DNA from: Pirellulales bacterium
GTDB lineage: Bacteria; Planctomycetota; Planctomycetia; Pirellulales; UBA1268
Length of the DNA stretch: 64,000 bases
Direction of reading: 5' to 3'
Assembly: GCA_044370415.1 (NCBI GenBank)
Contig: JBILVO010000003.1
Span: forward strand, 12,526 to 76,525
Shown here: piece by piece, positions 47,595-56,675 of the stretch
Layout of the letters: each line of letters begins with the position of its first letter
Numbering within the stretch: position 1 is the stretch's first letter
Translations under genes and position numbers: made by a program
Notes under the pieces: model-generated
Told to the model about the DNA's origin: nothing
The model's input: only the letters and a program-made list of their open reading frames with translations
Database searches by the model: none

Positions 47595-50186
47595 ATGAAC
47601 ACCGGCACGCCACCACCGACCACGACGACCGTCGCAGTGCCGCCCCCGGTGCCGATAGGCGGGCGGTTCGCCCCCGAGCTGCTCGCGCCCGCCGGTGACT
47701 GGGAGTGCGTGGCCGCCGCCATCGAGAACGGTGCCGACGCCGTCTACTTCGGCCTCGACACGGGATTCAACGCCCGAGCCCGTGCCGCGAACTTCCCGCT
47801 GGCCGACCTGCCGCGGCTCATGCACACGCTCCATCGCCGTGGCGTGAAGGGGTATGCGACCCTCAACACGCTGGTGTTCAGCGACGAGCTTGCGGAGTTC
47901 GAGCGGGTGGTCGTGGCCATCGCCGAGGCGGGTGTCGACGCGGTGCTTCTCCAGGACGTCGGCGCCGCGCTCCTGGTCCGTGAGATCTGTCCCGACCTGC
48001 CGATGCACGCCTCGACGCAGATGACGCTCACCAGCGCCGAGTGCATCGCCGTCGCCGAGACGCTCGGCATGTGCCGCGTGGTGGCCGCCCGGGAGCTCTC
48101 CATCGACGAGATCCGGGAGATTCACCGGAAGACGTCGATGCCGCTGGAAGTGTTCGTGCACGGGGCGCTCTGCGTCGCGTATTCCGGCCAGTGCCTCACG
48201 AGCGAGTCGCTGGGGGGACGCAGCGCCAACCGCGGCCAGTGCGCCCAGGCCTGCCGGCTGCCGTACGACCTCATCTGCGACGGGAAGGACGTCGACCTTG
48301 GCGACCGCAGGTACCTGCTCTCGCCTCAGGACCTGGCGGCCTACGCCCTCGTGCCCGAGCTGATCGCGGCCGGCGTGGCATCGTTCAAGATCGAGGGCCG
48401 GCTCAAGGCGCCGGAATACGTCGCCACGATCACGCGGCACTATCGGGCTGCGATCGATGCGGCGATCGCGGCACGGCCCGTGGAGTTCACACGCCGCGAC
48501 GTCGAGGAGATGGAGCTCTCCTTCTCGCGCGGATTCTCGCCCGGCTGGCTCGGGGGCTGTGACCACAAGATGCTCGTGCCGGCCACGAGCAGCGCGAAGC
48601 GGGGCGTGCGGCTCGGAGCCGTCGTGGCCGTCCGCGGCGAGCGGGTGACCGTCGACCTCGTCACCGGCATCAAGCGGGGCGACGGCGTGGCGTTCGAGTG
48701 CGGCGAGGCGACGGCCGACGGCGGCGGCCAGCGGGGCGGCCGCGTCTACGAGGTGTTCCAAAGGGGCCGTTCCGTGACGGAGGAGGTCGAGGCCGGTCCG
48801 GTCGATCTGACCTTCGGCAGAGGGGTGGTCGATCTGGCGGTCCTGCGGCCGGGGCAGGCCGTGTGGAAGACGGACGATCCACAGCTGACGACGCGGCTGC
48901 GACGGACGTTCGCGGCGGCCGATCCACAGCGGCGGCGCGCGGTGGACATGCACGTGACGGTCACCGTCGGTGAGCCCGTCCGCGTCATCGCGAGCACTCC
49001 CGACGGCTCCATCCGCTGCGAGGTGGCCACGGCCGACCTGGCTCAGGAGGCGGTGCGGCACGCGATCGACGAGCAGGTGCTCCGCGACCAGCTTGGCCGG
49101 CTCGGGGGCACGCCCTACGAACTCGGCAAGCTGACCGCGGTCATCGCCGGCCGGCCGATGGTGCCCTTCAGCGTGCTCGGGAGGCTCCGCCACGACATCG
49201 TGGCGGCGCTCGAGGCCGCAGCCACCGCACCGGTGCCACGGCGGATACGTCCGACGGGCGGTGGCCGGCCAGCGCCCGGCCCGCACGGTGACGCGAGCTC
49301 TGCCGCCGCGATCCGGGGCTCCCGGCCCCCGGAGCTGCACGTCCTCGTGCGTTCGCTCGATCAGCTCCGGGCCGTGCTCGAAGTCGGCGAGCGACGGGTC
49401 TACGCCGATTTCGCCGACATCCGCCGCTACGGCGACGCCGTGGCCGCCTGCCGGGCCGCGTCGGCCACGATCCACCTCGCCACGCCGCGGATCCAGAAGC
49501 CGGATGAGATGGGCATCTTTCGCGTGCTCGCCAAACCGCGGCCCGATGGAATCCTGGTGAGGACGTTCTCGGGGCTGCGCTTCTTTCGCGACCAGGGCGT
49601 GCCGGTGGTCGGCGACTTCTCGCTCAACGTCGCCAACGAGCGGACTGCCGGGTTCCTGATGGAGGAGGGGCTGGAACGCGTGACGGCCTCGTACGACCTC
49701 AACCGCGACCAGCTCCTGGCGCTGGTGGCCGCGACGCCGTCGGAATGGCTCGAGGTGGTCATCCACCAGCACATGCCGATGTTTCACATGGAGCACTGCG
49801 TCTTCTGCGCCGTGCTTTCGCCGGGCACGAACAAGACCAACTGCGGCAGGCCGTGCGACGACCACGTCGTAAAGCTGCGCGATCGGATCGGCGTGGAGCA
49901 CCTGCTCACCGCCGACGTCGGCTGTCGCAACACGCTTTACAACGCCGTGCCGCAGAGCGCCGCCGAGGCGGTGCCGCAGCTGGTGGCGCGGGGCGTCGGC
50001 CACTATCGCGTGGAGCTGCTCGATGAGGAGGGGGACGCGATCCGCGACGTCGTCCGGGGCTATCGCGACCTGCTGGCCGGCAGAACGACCGGCAGGGAGG
50101 TGTGGAGCAGGCTCAGGGCGTCCAATCGCGTGGGCGTGACCCGCGGCACGCTCGAGGAGCGGCGCGACCCGCTGGCGATCCTGTGA
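47595..50186 (+). CDS. U32-family protein (long form with DUF3656-like C-terminal region), Fe-S type
   Basis: PELLAPAGDWECVAAAIENGADAVYFG, HASTQMT, ARELS and EVFVHGALCVAYSGQCLTSESLGGRSANRGQCAQACRLPY are present. A second U32-like half lies at aa approx. 590-860. Confidence 0.92.
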   Translation: MNTGTPPPTTTTVAVPPPVPIGGRFAPELLAPAGDWECVAAAIENGADAVYFGLDTGFNARARAANFPLADLPRLMHTLHRRGVKGYATLNTLVFSDELAEFERVVVAIAEAGVDAVLLQDVGAALLVREICPDLPMHASTQMTLTSAECIAVAETLGMCRVVAARELSIDEIREIHRKTSMPLEVFVHGALCVAYSGQCLTSESLGGRSANRGQCAQACRLPYDLICDGKDVDLGDRRYLLSPQDLAAYALVPELIAAGVASFKIEGRLKAPEYVATITRHYRAAIDAAIAARPVEFTRRDVEEMELSFSRGFSPGWLGGCDHKMLVPATSSAKRGVRLGAVVAVRGERVTVDLVTGIKRGDGVAFECGEATADGGGQRGGRVYEVFQRGRSVTEEVEAGPVDLTFGRGVVDLAVLRPGQAVWKTDDPQLTTRLRRTFAAADPQRRRAVDMHVTVTVGEPVRVIASTPDGSIRCEVATADLAQEAVRHAIDEQVLRDQLGRLGGTPYELGKLTAVIAGRPMVPFSVLGRLRHDIVAALEAAATAPVPRRIRPTGGGRPAPGPHGDASSAAAIRGSRPPELHVLVRSLDQLRAVLEVGERRVYADFADIRRYGDAVAACRAASATIHLATPRIQKPDEMGIFRVLAKPRPDGILVRTFSGLRFFRDQGVPVVGDFSLNVANERTAGFLMEEGLERVTASYDLNRDQLLALVAATPSEWLEVVIHQHMPMFHMEHCVFCAVLSPGTNKTNCGRPCDDHVVKLRDRIGVEHLLTADVGCRNTLYNAVPQSAAEAVPQLVARGVGHYRVELLDEEGDAIRDVVRGYRDLLAGRTTGREVWSRLRASNRVGVTRGTLEERRDPLAIL

Positions 50187-50576
50187 GCCATCCGCAGGGC
50201 TGAACGCAGCAGGGTTCAATCCGCAGCGGACGATGACCGGAACAGACCACGACGTCCACGATCGCCCCAGAGTGCGAAGGCAGCCGCAGCCGGGGAAGGA
50301 AGGGGCCGGCGGGCCGAAATTCGGCGCACTTCCCGACACAATTCGCGGTTTTCAGGCGGCGGTTGGCGTCGGGCCTGAACCAATCGGGCGGACTTTTCCG
50401 GCTGCTTGCATCCCCCCTTTCCAGGCCGTAAGACAGACCGTTTCGAAGCTGGCGGCCGTGGGTCCCCGATCGTCGGTGACCGCGCGACTCGACGGCTCGG
50501 CAGGAAGACCACCGACGGCTTCGAGACATCCTGCCGGACTGTCCGACTTCCTTTTTTCTTCTGGAGACGATTGATC

Positions 50577-51704
50577 ATGAATCTTGTCGATCTTGTGACG
50601 AGCCAACTGACCGGCGACGTGCTGGGCAAGCTTGGCGGGCTGGTGGGCACGAATGAGACGCAGACCCGTGCCGCCACGACCGCCGCGGTTCCCGCGCTGC
50701 TGTCGGCCTTCTCCAAGCTGGCCTCCACCAACAGCGGCGCCGGCCAGCTGGCCAACGCGATGGGCGGCCTCGATCTCAAGACGCTCGGCAACCTCGCCGG
50801 CCTGCTCGGTGGCGGCCAGGCCTCCAGCCTCGGCGGCATCGGCGGCAACCTGCTGTCGTCGCTGATGGGCAACAACCTCGGCGGCCTGGTCAACGTGCTG
50901 GCATCGTTCCTCGGCATGCAGCCGGGCATCGCCAAGACACTCCTGACCTACCTGGCCCCGGTCGTGCTCGGCACGATCGCGAACCAGTTCAAGGGCGCGA
51001 AGGCCGACGTGGGCGGTCTGCAGCGGCTCTTCGCCGATCAGCAGGACAACATCAAGGCGGCCCTACCGCGGGGTCTGTCGCTGGCCGACTTCGACGTGTC
51101 GACCGCCGGCCGTGGCGGCGAGACGACTCCGGCCCGCGGCGTGCACCGCCACGAGGAGCCCGCCGCCGGCGGCTTCCCGGCGTGGCTGCCGCTCCTGCTC
51201 CTGCCGCTGCTGGGCCTCGTCGGCTACATGCTGTGGCCGAAGCCGCAGCAGAAGGAGGTCGTCGTCGCGGAGAGCGTTCGCCGTGAGGGCCCGGTCGTCG
51301 TCGACCGCACCGCCGTCATCGAGCGGGAGGGCCAGAAGGTCGAGGGCGTCGTCAGGGAGACGATCGAACTCGCCCCCGGCGTCGCCGAGGCGGTCAAGGT
51401 TGGCGAGGGCCTCACCGGCCTGTTCGGCAACCTCACCAAGGTGCTTGGCGGCGTGAAGGACGAGGATACCGCCAAGGCGGCCATCCCGCAGCTCAACGAG
51501 TTTGCCCCGATCCTGGAGTCGCTCCAGAAGTCGACCGGCGCGCTGCCGGTCGAGGGCCGCTCGTCGATCGCCAAGCTGGTCGCCGACAACCTTGGCGGCC
51601 TGCAGAAGGTGATCGACACCGTGATGGCGATCCCGGGCGTCAAGGAGCTGCTCGGCCCGGTGGTCGTGCCGATGGTCGAGACGATCTCGAAGCTCGGCCT
51701 GTAA
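50577..51704 (+). CDS. DUF937-like protein with central TM helix
   Basis: ATG 50577 follows GGAGA. The N-terminal half is Gly/Leu-rich (MNLVDLVTSQLTGDVLGKLGGLVG...), which is DUF937-like. One TM helix is present (FPAWLPLLLLPLLGLVGYMLW), followed by a soluble C-terminal domain. Confidence 0.72.
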   Translation: MNLVDLVTSQLTGDVLGKLGGLVGTNETQTRAATTAAVPALLSAFSKLASTNSGAGQLANAMGGLDLKTLGNLAGLLGGGQASSLGGIGGNLLSSLMGNNLGGLVNVLASFLGMQPGIAKTLLTYLAPVVLGTIANQFKGAKADVGGLQRLFADQQDNIKAALPRGLSLADFDVSTAGRGGETTPARGVHRHEEPAAGGFPAWLPLLLLPLLGLVGYMLWPKPQQKEVVVAESVRREGPVVVDRTAVIEREGQKVEGVVRETIELAPGVAEAVKVGEGLTGLFGNLTKVLGGVKDEDTAKAAIPQLNEFAPILESLQKSTGALPVEGRSSIAKLVADNLGGLQKVIDTVMAIPGVKELLGPVVVPMVETISKLGL

Positions 51705-51735
51705 GGCCTCGCGGTTCGGACTGACGGAAACAACG

Positions 51736-51774
51736 CCCGCCCGGGTCGGCCAATCCGACCCGGGCGGGTTTTTT
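51736..51774 (+). terminator. Rho-independent terminator (possibly bidirectional, between convergent genes)
   Basis: A 14-bp perfect stem CCCGCCCGGGTCGG / CCGACCCGGGCGGG has a 5-nt loop and is followed by TTTTTT. It starts 32 nt after the DUF937 stop. Confidence 0.8.
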
Positions 51775-51821
51775 CGTCGCCGTGCGCGGCGGCCTGGCCA
51801 GGGGCGGCGGCGGGCCGCACG

Positions 51822-54779
51822 TCACCAGTAGACGTACTGCAGGAACCGCTCCTCGTCGGGACGCGGCAGGTCGGAGACCCGCGGCACCAGCCAGCGGTTC
51901 TCCTCGGTGTCGATCAGCATCTTGCCGTCGGTGCCGAAATCGATCGCTTGGCTCTGCGTCCAGCGCATCGTGAAGGAGCCGCGGCCGACGTCGGTGTCCA
52001 CGTCGAGGTCGAGGTAGCCGTGCGCCAGCCGCACGTCGTGCACGCGGTGGATGCGGCGGACGAGCGCCCGGCGGGCCGCGGCGGTCCGCACGATCTCCCG
52101 GTCGCCCGCGGGCCACTCGGCGAGCGCACGGATCATGCCCAGCTCGACCTCCTCGCCCGCGTCGTTCCAGCCTCGCACCGAGAGGTAGCCCTCGGGATGC
52201 GTCGCCGGGAAGGCGTGGACGACGAAGAGCCCCGCGGCGAGACGGTCGTCGCCCTGCCACAGCTCGATCCGGCCGTGCGTTCCGATCACGAAGCGATGGG
52301 CCCCGGGCGCGAGCCAGTGGATGCCGGGCGCCGTCTGGGGCGGCTGCTCGGCCTGCGGCGCCGTCGTCGTCGGCTCCAGCCGCGGCTGTTCCGCCACGAG
52401 CAGCCCGTCGACCGTCTGCTGCTTCGTCACCTGCGTCTGGATGCGGACCAGCCGGGCGTAGATGCCGTCGGCGGCGAGCAGTTCGGCGTGCGTCCCCTGC
52501 TCGACCAGCCGGCCGCGGTCGAAGGCGAGGATGCGGTCGGCGTTCCGCAGCGTCGAGAGCCGGTGGGCGATCGCGATCGTGGTCCGTCCCTTGACGAGCA
52601 CGGAGAGCGCCTCCTGGATGCTCTTCTCCGCCTCCGCGTCGATGTTGCTCGTCGCCTCGTCGAGCACGAGGATCCGCGGATCGTACAGCAGCGTCCGCGC
52701 GATCGAGAGCCGCTGCTTCTCGCCGCCCGACAGGCCGGCGCCGTGCTCGCCCAGCAGCGTCTCGTAGGCCAGGGGCTGGCGGCAGAGGAAATCGTGCGCG
52801 CCCGCCGCCTTGGCGGCATCGAGGCCCTGCTCCACGGTGGCCTGCGGGCGGCCGTAGGAGAGGTTCTTCCAGATCGTGCCCCGGAAGAGGAACGAATCCT
52901 GGAACACGACGCCGAGCTTCTCCCGCAGGTCGTGCATCGACAGGTCGCGGATGTCGATGCCGTCGACCGTGATGCTCCCCTCCTGCACGTCGTGGAACCG
53001 CGACAGCAGGCTGACGAGCGTCGTCTTGCCGGAGCCGCTGCGGCCGACGATGCCCACCATTTCGCCCGGGCTCACCGTGAACGACACGTCGCGGAGCACG
53101 GGCTGGTTGCGGTCGTAGCCGAACGTGACGTCGCTGAACCGGATCTCGCCGCGCACGTCCCCCCAGGGCACCGGCTCGTCCGGCTCCGCGATCAGCGCGG
53201 GAGTGTCGAGCAACTCCAGCACCCGCTGGCTGCCGGAGAGGAAGCTCGTCAGCCAGGTCGTGAAGTTCGAGAGTGCGCCTAGGGGGGCGTAGAACATCGC
53301 GAGGTAGGCGAGGAAGGCGATCAGCTGGCCGAGCGTCATCTCGCCGCCGATCACGTCACGGCCGCCGACGTACCAGACGATCAGGCCGCCGAGGCTGAAG
53401 ACGATCTGCATCGACGCGGCGTAGGTCGTGTTCGTGTGCTCGACCCACTGCCGCCACTGCCGCAGGTGATCGCTCGCGGAGTGGAAGCGATCCTGCTCGC
53501 GGGGCTCCTGCGCGAAGGCCTTCACGACGCGGATGCCCGACAGCATCCCGGAGAGGGCCGACATCTGCTTGCTGGAGGCGTCCCAGAGCCGGTAGTGCCG
53601 CGGGTAGACGTGCCGCCAGAACACCCACGACCCGAGGATCACCAGCGGCACCGGGATGAGCGTGAAGAGGGCGAGCTTGGGGTTGATCCAGATGAGCATG
53701 GCGCCCACGCCGAAGAGCTGCACGATCTGCAGGAGGAAGCCGCCTGTGATCTGGTGCATGAGGCCGTGGAGCGCCTCGCTGTCGTGGGCCACGCGGCTGA
53801 TCATGGAACCGACCTGGTGCCGGTCGTAGTAGGAGATCGAGAGGCCGTGCAGCTTCTTCACCATCTCCTCGCGCAGGGTCGAGGTGATGCCGGTGCCGAT
53901 CGCGGTGGCCAGCCGACCCTTGAACACGCCGACGAGCGAGAGCAGCACGCGCGAGAAGGCGAGTGCCAGCACGACGACCAGCAGGGCCGTCTTGAAGTCG
54001 GGCGTCGTGCCGGTCGTCACGCCGGTCGTCCCACCGGCGCGGCCGGAGAGGATGTCGTCGACCATGTACTGCTGCAACTTCGGCGGCACCAGTTCCGCGA
54101 CGACGCCCAGCAGCGTGAGGCCGCAGAGGAGGACCGCACCACGGGCGTAGGGACGCAGCAGATCGGCCACCCGCCGCATGATCCGCCCCTTTTCCACGCA
54201 CCGGGGGCAGGAGGTGTCGCGGGTTGCGAGCCGCAGCCGGCAGCTGGGGCAGCGCGGTGGATCGAGCGGCTCCGCCCGGGGGTCGGCGTCGCTCCAGATC
54301 GACGCCACCGAGGCCAGGCGACCGGCGGTCGGGGAGGATTCCCGGGCCTGTTCCAGCGCGCGGGACACCTTGTGAAACCGCGACGCCATGGCGTTGGAGT
54401 AACGCACGACGTCGACCCAGTCGCCTCCGTCGCGGACCTGCAGCGTGCCGCCGCCCAGCCCGGCGCTGGTCCGCACCTGGTCGACTCCCTCCCAGGCGAT
54501 GCTGCGGAGGACATCGCCGGATTCCGTCTCGGCCACCGCGGAGAGGTGGTCGGCCGTCACCACCAGCCATTCGCGGGCGGGACGGCCGTCGAGCGAGACG
54601 TCGGCGTCGATCGAGAGCAGGACCGGCCGGTGGTTCAGTCCGGCCCGGTCGAGCGTGCGGAGCACCGCCGGCGGGAGCGTTGGCGTCGTCTCTACGGGGG
54701 GCGTATGATTCGACGAATCGGCGGCGAGCGTGGGAATCGCAGCGTCCTTCACAACTCGGAAATCACGGAGACCGTCCAT
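51822..54779 (-). CDS. ABC exporter (TMD+NBD) fused to an N-terminal soluble domain with zinc ribbon and a C-terminal DUF1854-like domain
   Basis: ATG 54779 (alternative GTG 27 nt downstream). The N-terminal approx. 230 aa include CPSCRLRLATRDTSCPRC. A six-helix ABC TMD is followed by Walker A GRSGSGKTT, signature LSGGEKQR and Walker B ILVLDEATS. The approx. 165-aa tail (...HAFPATHPEGYLSVRGW...RIHRVHDVR...LQYVYW) resembles DUF1854. Confidence 0.9.
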   Translation of the reverse strand: MDGLRDFRVVKDAAIPTLAADSSNHTPPVETTPTLPPAVLRTLDRAGLNHRPVLLSIDADVSLDGRPAREWLVVTADHLSAVAETESGDVLRSIAWEGVDQVRTSAGLGGGTLQVRDGGDWVDVVRYSNAMASRFHKVSRALEQARESSPTAGRLASVASIWSDADPRAEPLDPPRCPSCRLRLATRDTSCPRCVEKGRIMRRVADLLRPYARGAVLLCGLTLLGVVAELVPPKLQQYMVDDILSGRAGGTTGVTTGTTPDFKTALLVVVLALAFSRVLLSLVGVFKGRLATAIGTGITSTLREEMVKKLHGLSISYYDRHQVGSMISRVAHDSEALHGLMHQITGGFLLQIVQLFGVGAMLIWINPKLALFTLIPVPLVILGSWVFWRHVYPRHYRLWDASSKQMSALSGMLSGIRVVKAFAQEPREQDRFHSASDHLRQWRQWVEHTNTTYAASMQIVFSLGGLIVWYVGGRDVIGGEMTLGQLIAFLAYLAMFYAPLGALSNFTTWLTSFLSGSQRVLELLDTPALIAEPDEPVPWGDVRGEIRFSDVTFGYDRNQPVLRDVSFTVSPGEMVGIVGRSGSGKTTLVSLLSRFHDVQEGSITVDGIDIRDLSMHDLREKLGVVFQDSFLFRGTIWKNLSYGRPQATVEQGLDAAKAAGAHDFLCRQPLAYETLLGEHGAGLSGGEKQRLSIARTLLYDPRILVLDEATSNIDAEAEKSIQEALSVLVKGRTTIAIAHRLSTLRNADRILAFDRGRLVEQGTHAELLAADGIYARLVRIQTQVTKQQTVDGLLVAEQPRLEPTTTAPQAEQPPQTAPGIHWLAPGAHRFVIGTHGRIELWQGDDRLAAGLFVVHAFPATHPEGYLSVRGWNDAGEEVELGMIRALAEWPAGDREIVRTAAARRALVRRIHRVHDVRLAHGYLDLDVDTDVGRGSFTMRWTQSQAIDFGTDGKMLIDTEENRWLVPRVSDLPRPDEERFLQYVYW

Positions 54780-55467
54780 GGCATACGCACTGTACAGGGA
54801 GTTTGTTCGCGGCGGTGTCGTTCCGGGGCCGAGGACCGTGCCGCAGGCCCGCCTGGCCGCCTCTCTGGTACTGGCGGTGGCGGCATGCCTGCCGGTCCAT
54901 GCCGAGGAGGAGCCCGGCTTCCAGCAGCTCTTCGACGGCAAGAGTCTGGCAGGATGGCGGGCGAATGAAAACCAGGACAGCTGGAAGGTCGCCGACGGCA
55001 TGATCGTCTGCCACGGGCCGCGGAGCCACCTGTTCTACGTGGGGGCGGACGCGGCGAAGCCCGCCGACTTCACCAACTTCCACTTCAAGGCCGACGTCAT
55101 GACCAAGCCCGGAGCGAACTCCGGCATCTTCTTCCACACCGCCTTCCAGCCGGAGGGCTGGCCGGCCCAGGGCTACGAGATGCAGGTGAACAACTCCCAG
55201 AAGGATCCGGTGCGGACCGGGAGCATCTACAACGTGGTCAAGAACTTCATCCCGCCGGCGGCCGACGACGAGTGGTTCACCGAGGAGGTGGTGGTCAAGG
55301 GCAAGGCGGTGACCGTGCTCGTGAACGGGAAGGTGCTCTTCGAATTCGTCGAGCCGGACGGCGTGACGGGGACCAGGAAGCTCTCCCACGGCACGTTCGC
55401 GCTGCAGGCGCACGACCCCGGCAGCGAGGTGCACTACAGGAACATCCGGGTGAAGCTGCTCCCGTAG
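54778..55467 (+). CDS. DUF1080 (3-keto-disaccharide hydrolase-like) secreted protein
   Basis: [35 protein letters not shown]...[24 protein letters not shown]....GYEMQVNN....TGSIY and ...[20 protein letters not shown] are present. ATG 54778 overlaps the divergent ABC start. GTG 54838 would give a cleaner signal peptide. Confidence 0.88.
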   Translation: MAYALYREFVRGGVVPGPRTVPQARLAASLVLAVAACLPVHAEEEPGFQQLFDGKSLAGWRANENQDSWKVADGMIVCHGPRSHLFYVGADAAKPADFTNFHFKADVMTKPGANSGIFFHTAFQPEGWPAQGYEMQVNNSQKDPVRTGSIYNVVKNFIPPAADDEWFTEEVVVKGKAVTVLVNGKVLFEFVEPDGVTGTRKLSHGTFALQAHDPGSEVHYRNIRVKLLP

Positions 55468-55622
55468 GTGCGCGGGCCGGCACGCGGATCTGCCGCAGGG
55501 CTTCCGGTCTTTACGCGGCCGGACGGCGGGGCGTATTCTCCCCGGCCTCGGGCCGGCGGGAGCCGTTTGTCGACCGTCATTCCGTCCGTCCATCCCACCA
55601 TCACGAGCAATCAGGTGCGTCC

Positions 55623-56585
55623 ATGAGCATGTCCACGCTGCCGTTGGGAATTCGTGACGACATCACGCAGTGCATCGGCCGGACGCCGCTCGTGCGTCTG
55701 CGGCGGGTCACGGAGGGCTGCGTGGCGACCGTCGTCGGCAAGATCGAGAACATGAATCCGCTCTGGAGCGTGAAGGACCGGATCGCCGCCGCGATGATCG
55801 ACGCCGCGGAGCGGGACGGCAGGCTCGGCCCCGACACGATCGTGATCGAGCCGACCAGCGGCAACACCGGCATCGGCCTCGCCTACGTCTGCGCGGCCCG
55901 CGGCTACAAGCTGCGAGTGACGATGCCGGAGAGCATGAGCCTCGAGCGCCGGCGGATGCTCAAGGCGCTCGGTGCGGAGCTGGTGCTCACGCCGGCCGCC
56001 GAGGGCATGCCCGGCGCCGTCCGTCATGCCGAGGAGATCAGCCGCTCCGGCAGCCAGTTCTTCATGCCGCAGCAGTTCAAGAACCCCGCCAACCCCGAGG
56101 TTCACCGGCGGACCACCGCCGAGGAGATCTGGGCCGACACCGACGGCCGCGTCGACATCCTGGTCTGCGGAGTCGGCACCGGGGGCACGATCACCGGCTG
56201 CGGCGAGGCGCTCAAGGCGAAGAAGCCCGGACTGAAGGTGGTCGCCGTCGAACCCGCCAACAGCCCCGTGATCTCGCAGAAGCTCGCCGGCGAGCCGATC
56301 AAGCCCGGCCGGCACACGATCCAGGGCATCGGCGCCGGGTTCATCCCCGACATCCTCAACCTCGCGGTGATCGACGAGGTCGTGAAGGTGGACGACGAGG
56401 ACGCGATGGAGACCGCGCGGCAGATGGCGAAGCGGGAGGGGCTGATGTGCGGCATCAGCTGCGGCGCCGCGGCCTGGGCCGCGCTCGAGGTGGCGCGGCG
56501 GCCCGAGAACGCCGGGAAGATGGTCGTGGTGGTCCTGCCGGACCTCGGCGAGCGTTACCTGTCGACCAGGCTGTTTCCGGAATAG
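55623..56585 (+). CDS. cysK: Cysteine synthase A (O-acetylserine sulfhydrylase)
   Basis: [20 protein letters not shown] (PLP Lys), [22 protein letters not shown] and GISCGAA are canonical CysK motifs. Confidence 0.96.
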   Translation: MSMSTLPLGIRDDITQCIGRTPLVRLRRVTEGCVATVVGKIENMNPLWSVKDRIAAAMIDAAERDGRLGPDTIVIEPTSGNTGIGLAYVCAARGYKLRVTMPESMSLERRRMLKALGAELVLTPAAEGMPGAVRHAEEISRSGSQFFMPQQFKNPANPEVHRRTTAEEIWADTDGRVDILVCGVGTGGTITGCGEALKAKKPGLKVVAVEPANSPVISQKLAGEPIKPGRHTIQGIGAGFIPDILNLAVIDEVVKVDDEDAMETARQMAKREGLMCGISCGAAAWAALEVARRPENAGKMVVVVLPDLGERYLSTRLFPE

Positions 56586-56675
56586 GCGATTCCCGGAACA
56601 GTCACTGCGCCTGAAAAGTCCCTGCGACGAAGAGTCGCTTTCCGAGAGCGTCGCGCCACGGCGACCGCCAGCCGG

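Noticed and set aside
46797-50339. A 1180-aa minus-strand ORF
   Set aside because: It is antisense to the U32 gene and to the coiled-coil tail of the WD40 gene. Its composition is dominated by Arg/Gly/Pro/His with no recognisable motifs, which is the typical high-GC shadow ORF.
50187-50576. Promoter (TTGCAT-17-TAAGAC around 50406-50434) or riboswitch in the 390-bp gap before the DUF937 gene
   Set aside because: The match to sigma-70 hexamers is weak, and Planctomycete promoter consensus is not well enough established for me to call it. No recognisable riboswitch core was seen.
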